A stretch of DNA of 64,000 nucleotides from an uncultured candidate division Zixibacteria bacterium (GCA_963702205.1 OY969724.1:2976001-3040000); one strand, 5' to 3'; counted from the stretch's first letter, positions 40,812 through 50,400 are shown. Translations and numbers: made by a program. Notes: a model not told the origin generated them from the sequence alone.

Positions 40812-42101
40812 TTATCGAATAATGTCTTCGGGTTCGATCACGCCTTTTTTATACCTTATGAGCCTGCGTATAATATCGAATGGGAACACTCTCGGCGGTT
40901 CGTTAAAATCGTAAACGTAGGGGACTATTTCAGCTTCGTTCAAAGTCCCGAACCCCATTTCATGGCAACCCTCGAGAGTCTGGCGCGTCGTGTTTCGGGA
41001 GACGTCGAAATCCGGGTTGAAATATTCCTGCTCGGGCAGGCAGGGCCAGAGCACATATTTTGACATATAATAATCGAGCGTAACCGGGTCATCGGCCAGA
41101 CCCACTGTCTGCGCCTGCGTCGCCTGCCCCTGCCGTGATTCCCAGCCGACCCATTCGGCGGTCGTGAGATATATATCAGGCTTGCGACAGCATGAAAGCC
41201 ACCCTCCGATCGCTTCACCGACTCCAAACGCCCCGTTGGCGTCGGCGTCGGGATAAGAATGCATGTTCAGGTAGCCCTCGTAATAGCCAATGTCGCTTAT
41301 GCCCAGATGACTTTTTACGGCCGACGTTATCCCGGCATAATCCTGCTCGCCTCCCGATCCGTGATTGTTCAAAGTCGGAACCTTGATAAATTTCAGCGCC
41401 GGCTGACCGTCATAGCCGTTATCATAGACGCCATGTTTCAGGTCAATCAGCCGGTTCGAATACGGCGACCGGATTATCGGATAAGACAGCTGATAGGCTG
41501 TTTGGGTTGTCGGGGAATACCATATCGGTCTAACCCAGCCCTGCCCCTGCGCCGGCTCGCCTATAATCGGCCATTGGTCCGGCTCGTCCTGATTGCGCCA
41601 CAGACGAACTCCCTTGACATTGGAATAACCGTTGTTTTGATAATGGGCGATCATATCGTTAAAATTGTAAGGCCCATTGTGTTCAAGCTCTACCCCGGCA
41701 GCGGTCCAGAACCCGGTCGAGCGAAACTGCGTATTCTCCGTAAATATTATCTCGCCGTCGAAGCCTCCCGGACGGGTCAGGATCAGGTCGATCAGAGCCA
41801 TGCAGCAGGCACAGTTGCTGGCCCCCTGATTGCCCCACTGACCGTTGGGGTTAATGACGACAACATCATCGTGCCCGATAAAATTCTCAATCCCTCCGAA
41901 ACGCATGTCGATAACCTTGGCAACATTCTGCGCCGGGGTGCCATTCCGGGATAGATATACCGCTGTCAGCTTGCCGGCCAAAGCCTCCGCAGGAGATAGC
42001 AGAGTTTTATCCAGAAGGTAACCTCCACTAAGAATGACAGGAGTATAGCGAGACATCAGTCTGAGTATCTCTCTTCTACTTAATATCTTAGAAAAATCCA
42101 T
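40812..42101 (-). CDS. DUF362-family protein with a Tat-like signal peptide
   Basis: SRREILR leader; GGIENFIGHDDVVVINPN, VPTLNNH, GITSAVKSHLG and DPVTLDY. Confidence 0.7.
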   Translation of the reverse strand: MDFSKILSRREILRLMSRYTPVILSGGYLLDKTLLSPAEALAGKLTAVYLSRNGTPAQNVAKVIDMRFGGIENFIGHDDVVVINPNGQWGNQGASNCACCMALIDLILTRPGGFDGEIIFTENTQFRSTGFWTAAGVELEHNGPYNFNDMIAHYQNNGYSNVKGVRLWRNQDEPDQWPIIGEPAQGQGWVRPIWYSPTTQTAYQLSYPIIRSPYSNRLIDLKHGVYDNGYDGQPALKFIKVPTLNNHGSGGEQDYAGITSAVKSHLGISDIGYYEGYLNMHSYPDADANGAFGVGEAIGGWLSCCRKPDIYLTTAEWVGWESRQGQATQAQTVGLADDPVTLDYYMSKYVLWPCLPEQEYFNPDFDVSRNTTRQTLEGCHEMGFGTLNEAEIVPYVYDFNEPPRVFPFDIIRRLIRYKKGVIEPEDIIR

Positions 42102-42294
42102 TTAAGCATCACTTTAACAGGTCTTACGTCCACTAATTGGCCACCATTTAGTAGTAATGTACATATCCATATATATCAAAGAGGCCTAATAATCAGGGTC
42201 GAGATCCCACCTCGCAGAAGTAATTGCAGGATCCTAAGTATGATATAGCTATAGCGATATTTTGCCAAGTTAATTTTTCGTGATTGGATTACGA

Positions 42295-43401
42295 TCAGGA
42301 TGTCTTATTTGAAAAGTCAACACCACTTCCGGCCGCAGTTTTTAATGCCGCTTTTAAATATCCCCAACCCAGCCCAAAATGGATGGCTGGGAATATTGCG
42401 AACAGATACAATAGATATTTCAGGCCGTGTTTTACGGCCAAATATGCCGACCAGACAATGATTAGCATTAGGTACGCTCCAAATATTATGGAAAACAGGC
42501 TGCCTGCCGTCGGACTGAATATCGAAAGAAACAGGAAAGCAAAAAAGCCTAATACGAATAACGCCGGCAAAAGTCCTGCTATCGAGACGGCTCCGGGGTG
42601 CTTTTGAGCCATACGAAATCGTCCGATGCCATAGCGATTCATCTGCCTTAACAGCCCGCTTAAATTTCGGCGAGGATAGTAGTAAACAGCCAGATCTTTT
42701 GAAGTAAAAGCATCATAGCCAGCCTGATGCGCCCGAAAATTGAAATCAACATCCTCGCAGGCATCAAAACGGCTGTCAAAATATCCTATTTTGTCGAAAA
42801 CCTCTTTCCTGTATGAGGCACCGGAACTGGTCGGGTCGACATACTCATTTTTGTCTGAATATATAGTGGAGTCAAGACCATGGCCTATAATCGACCTCCT
42901 GGCCAAAGCCACTGCCTGCTGAAATGTGGTATTATCCGGGGTTTCCAGAAACTGTGGGCGGCTCAATATCGAAACGTTTTTCCGGGCCAAAAGACGAACC
43001 ATATTTTTAAGCAACCGGTTATTGTCTATATGGACGTGTCCGTCGATAAACGTCACGATTTCCCCGGTGGCCTCGCGGGCCCCGATAGAGCGAGCCGCGG
43101 ATGATAACCTCGCGGGGTTTCGAAAAAGCCTGACACGATTATCAACGATGGCTATCTTCGCGACGACGTCGGCTGTTCGATCATCGGAACAGCCATCTAC
43201 CACCAATACTTCCAATTTCTCGCGAGGATAATCCTGATCGAGAATAAATTTGAGCGTATCCCAGATGCAGTCTTCTTCATTTCGAATCGGAACGACGACC
43301 GATAATTTGGGATAGTCAATCTCGGAAAACCCTGTATCTCCCATGTTATTCAAATCGGCAAATGAACTCTCTTGTTTATTTAAAATACTATGAAAAATCA
43401 T
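42295..43401 (-). CDS. Glycosyltransferase family 2 (ExoA-like)
   Basis: SVVVPIRNEE, VVDGCSDD, IDGH and EDVDFNFR, with C-terminal TMs; start uncertain. Confidence 0.88.
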   Translation of the reverse strand: MIFHSILNKQESSFADLNNMGDTGFSEIDYPKLSVVVPIRNEEDCIWDTLKFILDQDYPREKLEVLVVDGCSDDRTADVVAKIAIVDNRVRLFRNPARLSSAARSIGAREATGEIVTFIDGHVHIDNNRLLKNMVRLLARKNVSILSRPQFLETPDNTTFQQAVALARRSIIGHGLDSTIYSDKNEYVDPTSSGASYRKEVFDKIGYFDSRFDACEDVDFNFRAHQAGYDAFTSKDLAVYYYPRRNLSGLLRQMNRYGIGRFRMAQKHPGAVSIAGLLPALFVLGFFAFLFLSIFSPTAGSLFSIIFGAYLMLIIVWSAYLAVKHGLKYLLYLFAIFPAIHFGLGWGYLKAALKTAAGSGVDFSNKTS

Positions 43402-43486
43402 TTATCAAAAGCGTTTTTTGGGAACATTTTTATTTTTCCGATGTCTTGAATATTGAATCGATTGAAATTAATTGAGTGAGGAAAAA

Positions 43487-44005
43487 ATGACTGAACGCAA
43501 TAATATCGTAACTATCATGGGCAACCCGGTAACTCTTCTGGGTGATGAAATAAAACCGGGCATGGACGCACCCGATGTCGAACTTATGGACAACGATCTG
43601 AAGCCTTTCAAGCTTTCCAACTACAAAGGCAAAGTAACCATAGTTTCGGCGGTGACATCGCTTGATACCGGCACTTGCGATACGGAAACCCGTCGCTTCA
43701 ACCAAGAAGCCGCCGCCCTGGGCGATGATGTCGCCATCGTTACTGTCAGTATGGACCTGCCGTTTGCCCAGAAACGCTGGTGCGGCGCGGCCGGCATCGA
43801 TAAGGTGAAAACTCTGTCGGATTACCGCAGCGCCGAGTTTGGGAAAAAATACGGCATTTTGATAAAAGATTTGAATCTTCTGGCTCGCACAGTTTTCGTC
43901 GTCGACAAAGACGGCGACGTCCAGTACGTTCAGCACGTCAAGGAAAATTCGAAAGAACCGGATTATGACGATGTTCTGAAAGCGGTCAAAAAGCTTAAAG
44001 CCTGA
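43487..44005 (+). CDS. tpx: Thiol peroxidase (atypical 2-Cys peroxiredoxin)
   Basis: SLDTGTCDTETRRFN, SMDLPFAQKRWC and LARTVFV. Confidence 0.95.
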   Translation: MTERNNIVTIMGNPVTLLGDEIKPGMDAPDVELMDNDLKPFKLSNYKGKVTIVSAVTSLDTGTCDTETRRFNQEAAALGDDVAIVTVSMDLPFAQKRWCGAAGIDKVKTLSDYRSAEFGKKYGILIKDLNLLARTVFVVDKDGDVQYVQHVKENSKEPDYDDVLKAVKKLKA

Positions 44006-44026
44006 TGTGTCTCGATCCCTCCCATG

Positions 44027-44063
44027 GCCGGTCATGCCGTATAAGGCATGGCCGGTTTTTTTT
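44027..44063 (+). terminator. Intrinsic terminator after tpx
   Basis: GCCGGTCATGCC-N6-GGCATGGCCGGT followed by a T run. Confidence 0.75.
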
Positions 44064-44172
44064 GTGATAAACCAAAAAAAGTCCCACGGTTATTGCCAAG
44101 ACTGCCCTTTTGAATTATCTTGGCGGATTGATTTGAAATAAAACAAGAAACAGGAATAATTCGGAGGATAAA

Positions 44173-44632
44173 ATGAAGTTTAATTCCGCTAACGAGATTC
44201 TTGATTTTGCAATCGAAAAAGAACAGGATTCGGCTGATTTCTATGCCGACCTGGCCAGCAAAGCGACCCAGAAATACATGACATCGGTTTTCGAGCAGTT
44301 TTCCCGGGAAGAGCTCGGTCACCGGGCCAAGCTGGAAGGAATTAAAAATGGCAGAAAACTGGCCCCGGCCGAGAAGAAAATTATGGATCTCAAGATCGGG
44401 GACTTTCTGGTCCCGGTCGACACCGACGAAACCGGTGACCTGAGTTATCAGCAGGCTTTGGTGGTCGCCATGAAGCGCGAGAAAGAGTCTTTCCGTCTGT
44501 ACAACGACCTGGCCGGAGCGACCGATGATGAAAACGTCAAGAGCCTGTTTTTATCGCTGGCCCAGGAAGAAGCCAAACATAAGCTTCGGTTCGAGGTCGA
44601 GTACCGACGAACAAATTTTAAAGGAAAACTGA
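44173..44632 (+). CDS. Rubrerythrin-family diiron protein, with an extra C at 44604-44605
   Basis: AIEKE...FY...EELGH and AMKRE...LY...EEAKH. Removing one C gives the natural end KLRFEVEYDEQILKEN* at 44632. Confidence 0.85.
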
Positions 44633-44735
44633 TTTTATTGCCCTCCATTTGTCGAATTTTGAAACTTTTACCCGAATGCTTTGTTCTTTTAGAAACAGAC
44701 AAGAATAAGAAGGTTTCTAAATAAGGAGAACGACA

Positions 44736-45230
44736 ATGATAAGCAAAAAAATGCAGGATGCGTTCAATAAGCAGATTAATGAGGAGTTGTTCTCGGCCTA
44801 TCTATATCAGGCTATGGCAGCTCACTTTGAAGGCATCAATTTCAGGGGTATTGCCAATTGGTTTTCCGTCCAGGCTAAAGAAGAAACGGCCCACGCCAAG
44901 AAGTTTTACGAGCATATTCTTGAGCGCGGCGGCAAAGTAACCCTTGAAGCCATCGCCAAACCAAAAAGCAAATGGAATTCGGTACTGGCCGCATTCGAGG
45001 AATCGCTCAAACACGAACAGCATATTACCGACTGCGTCGAAAAACTGGTCAAGCTGGCCGACAAAGAAAGCGACGCCGCCAGCCATACCATGTTATACTG
45101 GTTTATCGACGAGCAGGTCGAGGAAGAAGCTGCGGTTGAAGGAATTATCGGGCAGCTCAAGATGGTGGGCGATAACGCGAACGGTTTGTTCATGATAAAC
45201 AAGATTCTCGGTGAACGCTCCGCCGGTTAG
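44736..45230 (+). CDS. ftnA: Non-heme ferritin
   Basis: QINEELFSAYLY, EETAHA, HEQHIT and WFIDEQVEEE ferroxidase residues. Confidence 0.95.
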   Translation: MISKKMQDAFNKQINEELFSAYLYQAMAAHFEGINFRGIANWFSVQAKEETAHAKKFYEHILERGGKVTLEAIAKPKSKWNSVLAAFEESLKHEQHITDCVEKLVKLADKESDAASHTMLYWFIDEQVEEEAAVEGIIGQLKMVGDNANGLFMINKILGERSAG

Positions 45231-45276
45231 TTCAATCGACAGAACTTACCGATGATCCTGATTTAGGATTTTAATC

Positions 45277-45316
45277 CAACGGCCTTTGGAAACCTATCCA
45301 AAGGCCGTTGCTTTAT
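45277..45316 (+). terminator. Terminator after ferritin
   Basis: Perfect 14-bp stem CAACGGCCTTTGGA-N6-TCCAAAGGCCGTTG. Confidence 0.7.
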
Positions 45317-45353
45317 ATAATAATTCTCCTTATCTTCAGACAAAAGCCACCCT

Positions 45354-45719
45354 ATGGAGTCTATTATGCCTGAAAAAACCGTGGATAAATTTCAAAAAGA
45401 GCGTCAGGAACTGGCGGAGAATATGCTCCGGCATTCCGGAACCAATACCAAAAGACTTTTAAACGTCGACTGGCAGGTATATGAAGCCGGGGCGCTGAGC
45501 GCCAAGGTTAAAGAGCTTCTCGGGCTGGCCACGTCAACCGTGCTGCGCTGCGACGATTGCATCATGTATCACATAATTCGCTGCCACGAAGAAGGCGTCA
45601 CCGAAGCGGAACTCGAAGAAGCTTTGGCTATAGCGTATACAGTCGGTGGCTCGATTACGATTCCCCACATCCGCCGGGCCTGGCGGGCGTGGGACGAACT
45701 GGCCGGAGAAAAAAAATAA
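45354..45719 (+). CDS. Carboxymuconolactone decarboxylase/AhpD-like protein
   Basis: GALSAKVKELLGL and RCDDCIMYH CxxC motif. Confidence 0.85.
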   Translation: MESIMPEKTVDKFQKERQELAENMLRHSGTNTKRLLNVDWQVYEAGALSAKVKELLGLATSTVLRCDDCIMYHIIRCHEEGVTEAELEEALAIAYTVGGSITIPHIRRAWRAWDELAGEKK

Positions 45720-46189
45720 TGGCAATGGATACATCGAGGGTTCCGGAACTTTTAACAAAAATCAAGTCTATCGTGAACGGCACCAATGACCCCTCCACCG
45801 CCCTTAAAGAAACCTGTTCCCTGCTGAAGGAATCAGTGCCGCACTATGATTGGGTCGGATTTTATATGGTCGATCCCGATCGTGAAGAGGAGCTGGTCCT
45901 CGGTCCTTATATCGGAGCCGCGACGGAACACACCCGGATCAAATTCGGACAGGGCATCTGTGGACAGGCGGCAGCGTCGGGCGAGACCTTTGTCGTCGAT
46001 GACGTTACGAAGGAATCGAATTATCTTTCGTGCAGCCTGCACGTGAAATCGGAAATAGTCCTGCCAATCTATCGGGATGGACTCCTGCGTGGTGAACTGG
46101 ATATTGATTCACACACCGCGACGGCTTTCGATAAAAGCGACGAGGCTTTCCTTCAGCAGGTTTGCGATATAGTATCGGGAATAATTTAG
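45719..46189 (+). CDS. msrC: GAF-domain protein, free methionine-R-sulfoxide reductase-like
   Basis: WVGFY, LGPYIG, FGQGICG, YLSC, SEIVLP and LDIDS; ATG overlaps the upstream TAA. Confidence 0.8.
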   Translation: MAMDTSRVPELLTKIKSIVNGTNDPSTALKETCSLLKESVPHYDWVGFYMVDPDREEELVLGPYIGAATEHTRIKFGQGICGQAAASGETFVVDDVTKESNYLSCSLHVKSEIVLPIYRDGLLRGELDIDSHTATAFDKSDEAFLQQVCDIVSGII

Positions 46190-46205
46190 GAAATCGGAAT
46201 TTCAT

Positions 46206-46739
46206 ATGAGCGATGAAAAACAGACAATCAATCGCGAGGCATTAAAGAGCCTCCATTACGGCATGTATGTCGTCACTTCGCACATGGACGGCAAAATCAA
46301 CGGGCAGGTGGCCAATACGGTTTTTCAGGTTACTTCCAAACCGCCGCAAATCGCTGCGGCCATCAGTAAGGTCAACCTGACTCATCAGTATATTTCAAAG
46401 AGCAAAGTATACACGGTAAATGCTCTGGCTGAGACGGCTCCGATGGATTTCTTCGGTCCTCTCGGCTTTCGGTCCGGCCGGGTGATTGACAAATTCGAGG
46501 GTGCTCCGCACAAAATCGGTCAAAACGGCTGTCCCATTCTGACCGAGCACGTCGTGGCGGCAATGGAAGTGAAAGTTTTGCAGGAGATCGACGTCGGATC
46601 GCATACGCTGTTTATCGGTGAAGTCACGAGCACGGAGATTTTAAGCGAAGGCGTTCCGATGTCCTATAAGTACTACCGGGAAAATATCAAAGGCATGACC
46701 CCGGTCGACTCCCCCACTTATATTCCTCCCGAAGAATAA
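46206..46739 (+). CDS. Flavin reductase-like FMN-binding protein
   Basis: YGMYVVTS, NGQVANT, GFRSGR and VGSHTLFIGEV. Confidence 0.85.
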   Translation: MSDEKQTINREALKSLHYGMYVVTSHMDGKINGQVANTVFQVTSKPPQIAAAISKVNLTHQYISKSKVYTVNALAETAPMDFFGPLGFRSGRVIDKFEGAPHKIGQNGCPILTEHVVAAMEVKVLQEIDVGSHTLFIGEVTSTEILSEGVPMSYKYYRENIKGMTPVDSPTYIPPEE

Positions 46740-46743
46740 TCGC

Positions 46744-47709
46744 CTATTTGGAGAAGTATTTCTCCATATATGCTTTCAGGGAATCTTTGCTTTCGAAGAC
46801 CGGATTTTCGTCTTTCGGCCGGTCTCTCTTTTGAATGACATTGGCGATACGATCATTCATGAATGACACCCGGGTGCTGTCTTTCGGACCGGCCATTTCT
46901 ATATAATTCTTGTATTCGTCTATGGCGTCGTCGTACCGATGCACCCATTCGTACACCGCCCCGAGGCTGTAATGGGCATCGTAATAATTCGGATCGATCT
47001 CCAGGACTTTCTTATAATCTGCGATTGATTCATCGAAACGATCCATGTCATAATAAACCAGCGCCCGGTTGAAATAAGCGTCCGCAAAATCCGGTTTGGC
47101 TTTTATGGCCTTATCATAACTTTCAAGGGCCAGTTCATTATTATCTTTCTTGCGGTAACACAAGGCCAGATTATAAAGTGACTTGTAATGGTCGGGCTTG
47201 ATATTGACACAATCCACGAAATCGTTTATGGCCTGGTCTATTTTATTGCCCTTATAATAAAGCAATCCTCTGTTGCAATATGCCTGGTAATATTTGCCGT
47301 TTACTTTTAGCGCATTGCTATAGTCCTTGATTGCCGACGTCGTATCCCCCATATAATCGTATGCCAGACCGCGGCTGTAATATGCATCCGCGAAATCCGG
47401 CTTGATTTTTATGGCCCGGCTGAAGTCTTTGATAGCCGTTTTAAACTCACTTTTGCCGGCGTAGGCGATCCCTCTCTGGACATAGGTCCAAACGTTGCCG
47501 CTGTCGGTCTTGATACCAAGAGTATACTGGGCGATAGCCTTGTCGTAATCGCCCTGGACCAAATAATTATTCCCCGCCGTTATGAATTGATCAGCCACGG
47601 AAGCCTGAGCGGCACAATTTTGCGGGGTTAATATTGCAAAGACCAAAAGGGCCATAGATGCCAATAAAACTATGGGCGGCAAATCGTCATACGGGTGTTT
47701 TTTTTTCAT
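46744..47709 (-). CDS. Exported TPR-repeat protein
   Basis: Signal-like N-terminus and about seven 34-aa repeats of AYxNRG type. Confidence 0.9.
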   Translation of the reverse strand: MKKKHPYDDLPPIVLLASMALLVFAILTPQNCAAQASVADQFITAGNNYLVQGDYDKAIAQYTLGIKTDSGNVWTYVQRGIAYAGKSEFKTAIKDFSRAIKIKPDFADAYYSRGLAYDYMGDTTSAIKDYSNALKVNGKYYQAYCNRGLLYYKGNKIDQAINDFVDCVNIKPDHYKSLYNLALCYRKKDNNELALESYDKAIKAKPDFADAYFNRALVYYDMDRFDESIADYKKVLEIDPNYYDAHYSLGAVYEWVHRYDDAIDEYKNYIEMAGPKDSTRVSFMNDRIANVIQKRDRPKDENPVFESKDSLKAYMEKYFSK

Positions 47710-47796
47710 AGTCAGGACTCCATGATATAATAAAAGTCATCTATTGTTAATATGATTAATCGGCTTTATTGTTCCCTATTTAATCTCGCCGATACT

Positions 47797-48603
47797 TCAG
47801 GAGAAGTATTTTTTTGCAGCCTGCGCCGCCTTTTGAACGAATTCTGCAAAGGGCATTTCGAGCTTTTCTCCCGTTCCGACCTCGAACAGAAGATCCGTCA
47901 GGGTCGGATTTTTATCAAGGTATGATCTTAATATTTGCCAGTCGATATTGCCTTCACCGGGTATGAAATGATCGTCATCGGTTCCCCTGTTGTCGGACAA
48001 GTGGGTCTGCGTGATCCGCGGCCAGTATTTTTCCAAAATATGAAAGGGCGGCCCGCTCATATTTTCGTGCGAACTGTCAAAGCAAAATCCTATTTCCTCG
48101 GTGCCAAACCTGTCGAGAAGCCGGGCGCATATCCATGAGCCTCTGTTGTCCGGAAGGTTTTCTATATCGATCCTCAGGCTTGAAGGCTTCTTCGCAACAA
48201 CTCTTTCTATTGACGCTATTGACCTTTTCAGGCAGGCCACTTTGTCATCGCTGAAATAATAATGCGGGTGAAGAATCGCCGCCGGGATTCCATAATCGGC
48301 CGTCAGCTCAAGAAACTCAACAACTTTCTCTACTGCTCCCTGCGCCGCCTCGTCACGTATTGCCGCCAGATCGTATTCTTCCCAAAACGGCACGTGCGCG
48401 GATTTTATTTCGAGCGAATGCTGTCCCGCCAATTTAATACATTCCCGGCAGGCAGTTCGGTCATAAAAATGGCTGTGCATGGGGCTGGCACCAATTGATA
48501 TGAACTCAAAACCGCAGGCCGCGATGGTCTCCAATTGAGATTCCAGCGGCACCGTATAATCGACCGTAGTCGAAATCCCAAAGCGGTATTTTTTGTCAGA
48601 CAT
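47797..48603 (-). CDS. Sugar-phosphate isomerase/epimerase (AP endonuclease 2 TIM barrel)
   Basis: IENLP, CFDSSH, HLSDN and DDHFIPGEGNIDW. Confidence 0.85.
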   Translation of the reverse strand: MSDKKYRFGISTTVDYTVPLESQLETIAACGFEFISIGASPMHSHFYDRTACRECIKLAGQHSLEIKSAHVPFWEEYDLAAIRDEAAQGAVEKVVEFLELTADYGIPAAILHPHYYFSDDKVACLKRSIASIERVVAKKPSSLRIDIENLPDNRGSWICARLLDRFGTEEIGFCFDSSHENMSGPPFHILEKYWPRITQTHLSDNRGTDDDHFIPGEGNIDWQILRSYLDKNPTLTDLLFEVGTGEKLEMPFAEFVQKAAQAAKKYFS

Positions 48604-48641
48604 AGTTATGATAGTAAGGAAAAACCGGGGAAATATGTAAC

Positions 48642-48670
48642 AAAAAAACGGCCGACTGAAAGTCGACCGC
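48642..48670 (-). terminator. Intrinsic terminator closing the candidate sRNA
   Basis: GCGGTCGACT-TTC-AGTCGGCCGT followed by a T run. Confidence 0.8.
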
Positions 48671-48822
48671 TTTTTCATGATGCCGTTCTGTCTCCCCCTG
48701 ATGGATCATAACGGCGCCAAACGGACAGGTAACTCATAATGGAGGTTGGGTTACCTATATACCCCCTTAAGGATACAATCAAAAAGCCCCTGGTTGATTT
48801 TCAAAGAACGTCAAAATCTACG
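48642..48822 (-). ncRNA. Candidate sigma54-dependent small RNA (about 180 nt)
   Basis: Lies between a -24/-12 motif and a terminator; four hairpins, three AGGGG motifs, a CCTCC loop and a boxA-like GTTCTTTGAAAA. Confidence 0.6.
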
Positions 48823-48832
48823 AGGGTATAGT

Positions 48833-48849
48833 ATCAAGAGTTGTGCCAA
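48833..48849 (-). promoter_or_regulatory. sigma54 (-24/-12) promoter
   Basis: TTGGCACAACTCTTGAT has the correct GG-N10-G spacing; the -12 reads GA instead of GC. Confidence 0.65.
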
Positions 48850-48946
48850 TATCGCGAAAAGAGCAGGACTATTTTATAACTTGTTGTATCTCAACGTACA
48901 CCAATTTATGCGTAGTCGTACTGACTAAGATTGGATAAACTCATGA

Positions 48947-48993
48947 TGTTTCAATTGAAACGCACTATTGAAACGATGTTTCGGAGTGAAACA
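48947..48993. promoter_or_regulatory. Putative enhancer (bEBP) binding palindromes
   Basis: TGTTTCAATTGAAACG (48947-48962) and TGTTTCGGAGTGAAACA (48977-48993), about 125-170 nt upstream of the predicted start. Confidence 0.55.
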
Positions 48994-49015
48994 CCGCTAT
49001 CGGCATCATAAATTA

Positions 49016-49945
49016 TCAGATTTCCATATAGGTCGGGGTCGAAAGGTACCGTTCGCCCGTGTCGCAGATAATGGTTACGATGGTTTTGCCGCGATTTTCT
49101 TCGCGCGCCGCGACTTTAAGAGAGGTTGCGACGTTCGCACCGGCCGATATACCAATAAGTATACCCTCCATCCTGACCATCTTCCTCGTGGTGTCAATAG
49201 CTTCTTCGTTGGTTACGGTCAGAATCTCATCGACCACGCTCAAATCCAACACGTTCGGTTTAAACCCCGCCCCAATCCCCTGAATAGGGTGCGGGCCTTT
49301 TTCTCCTTTGGTAAGAAACGGAGAAGCTTCGGGCTCGACGGCTATGACTTTGATATTGGGGTTCTTTTCTTTCAGGAATTTGCCGGTTCCCGTAATTGTG
49401 CCGCCGGTGCCCACGGCCGCCACGAAAATATCGACCTTGCCGTCGGTATCGTCCCAGATTTCCGGACCGGTTGTCATATAGTGCGCCTCCGGATTGGCCG
49501 GATTATTGAACTGCTGCGGCATAAATGAACCGGGAGTCTGAGCCACCAGCTCTTCAGCTTTGGTAACGGCGCCAGGCATGCCGTCCGGACCGGGCGTAAG
49601 AATAAGTTCCGCCCCGAAAGCCTTAAGCAGGTTGCGCCGCTCCATCGACATTGTCTCGGGCATGGTCAATATCAATTTGTATCCCCGCTCGGCGGCTATA
49701 AACGCCAGCGCGATTCCGGTGTTGCCCGAGGTCGGCTCGATAATGATCGTACCCTTTTTTATCAGGCCCCTGGCTTCGGCGGCGTCGATCATGAACAGGG
49801 CAATGCGGTCTTTAACCGAAGAACAAGGATTGAAGTTTTCCAATTTGCCCAGAACCGAGGCCGGCAGACCTTTGGCCATGCGATCCAGACGAACAAGCGG
49901 TGTTTTGCCTATCAATTGTGTAATGTCATTTGCTATCCGGGGCAT
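49016..49945 (-). CDS. cysK: Cysteine synthase A
   Basis: NPCSSVKDR (PLP lysine), [16 protein letters not shown] and GERYLST. Confidence 0.96.
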   Translation of the reverse strand: MPRIANDITQLIGKTPLVRLDRMAKGLPASVLGKLENFNPCSSVKDRIALFMIDAAEARGLIKKGTIIIEPTSGNTGIALAFIAAERGYKLILTMPETMSMERRNLLKAFGAELILTPGPDGMPGAVTKAEELVAQTPGSFMPQQFNNPANPEAHYMTTGPEIWDDTDGKVDIFVAAVGTGGTITGTGKFLKEKNPNIKVIAVEPEASPFLTKGEKGPHPIQGIGAGFKPNVLDLSVVDEILTVTNEEAIDTTRKMVRMEGILIGISAGANVATSLKVAAREENRGKTIVTIICDTGERYLSTPTYMEI

Positions 49946-49970
49946 GATTTACCTCACAAGAATAATTCGG

Positions 49971-50390
49971 TTAGATGAAATACATTTGTTTTCCGGAACG
50001 GAGCTTTTCCAGAAGGTCGGTCATTTTGATTGACGTCAGATAGTCAACCAGCTTGTCTTCAGCACCTTTCCACACGAATGATATCCCGTTTTCCTTTTCC
50101 CTCTTACCTTCATCGAGCGGTTTGGAGAAAAGAGCTTTGCCCTCGAATATGGAAACCACGTCCCAAACCGTCACTATGCGGGGATCCCTGGCCAGGACGT
50201 ATCCCCCATTTTTGCCGCGGGTGGCCTCTACCAGACGAGCCCGGCGCAATTGCGACAGGAGAAGCTCCAGGTACCTGACCGGGACGTCCTGACTGCTTGC
50301 GATTTCTTTGGCCTGCACCGGGCCTTTGCCATAGTTCAACGCCAGTGCAATAATCGCTTTTAATCCGTAATGCGATTTTAATGAAATCAT
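49971..50390 (-). CDS. Rrf2-family regulator (CymR-like, no Fe-S cysteines)
   Basis: YLELLLSQL...RGKNGGY; directly upstream of cysK. Confidence 0.9.
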   Translation of the reverse strand: MISLKSHYGLKAIIALALNYGKGPVQAKEIASSQDVPVRYLELLLSQLRRARLVEATRGKNGGYVLARDPRIVTVWDVVSIFEGKALFSKPLDEGKREKENGISFVWKGAEDKLVDYLTSIKMTDLLEKLRSGKQMYFI

Positions 50391-50400
50391 ATAACTGCCA

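Noticed and set aside
42250..42270. sigma54-like TTGGCA motif upstream of the DUF362 gene
   Set aside because: GG-to-GC spacing is 9 nt rather than the required 10
44633..44724. C-terminal extension of the rubrerythrin-like protein shown in the ORF track
   Set aside because: Artefact of the extra C at 44604-44605; the corrected frame stops at 44632
48604..48678. N-terminal extension of the epimerase from ATG 48678
   Set aside because: It runs through a strong terminator; ATG 48603 fits the domain start better. Retained only as an attenuator alternative
48676..48738. 20-codon ORF MSYLSVWRRYDPSGGDRTAS inside the candidate sRNA
   Set aside because: No properly spaced RBS, and the start lies within a hairpin; cannot be supported
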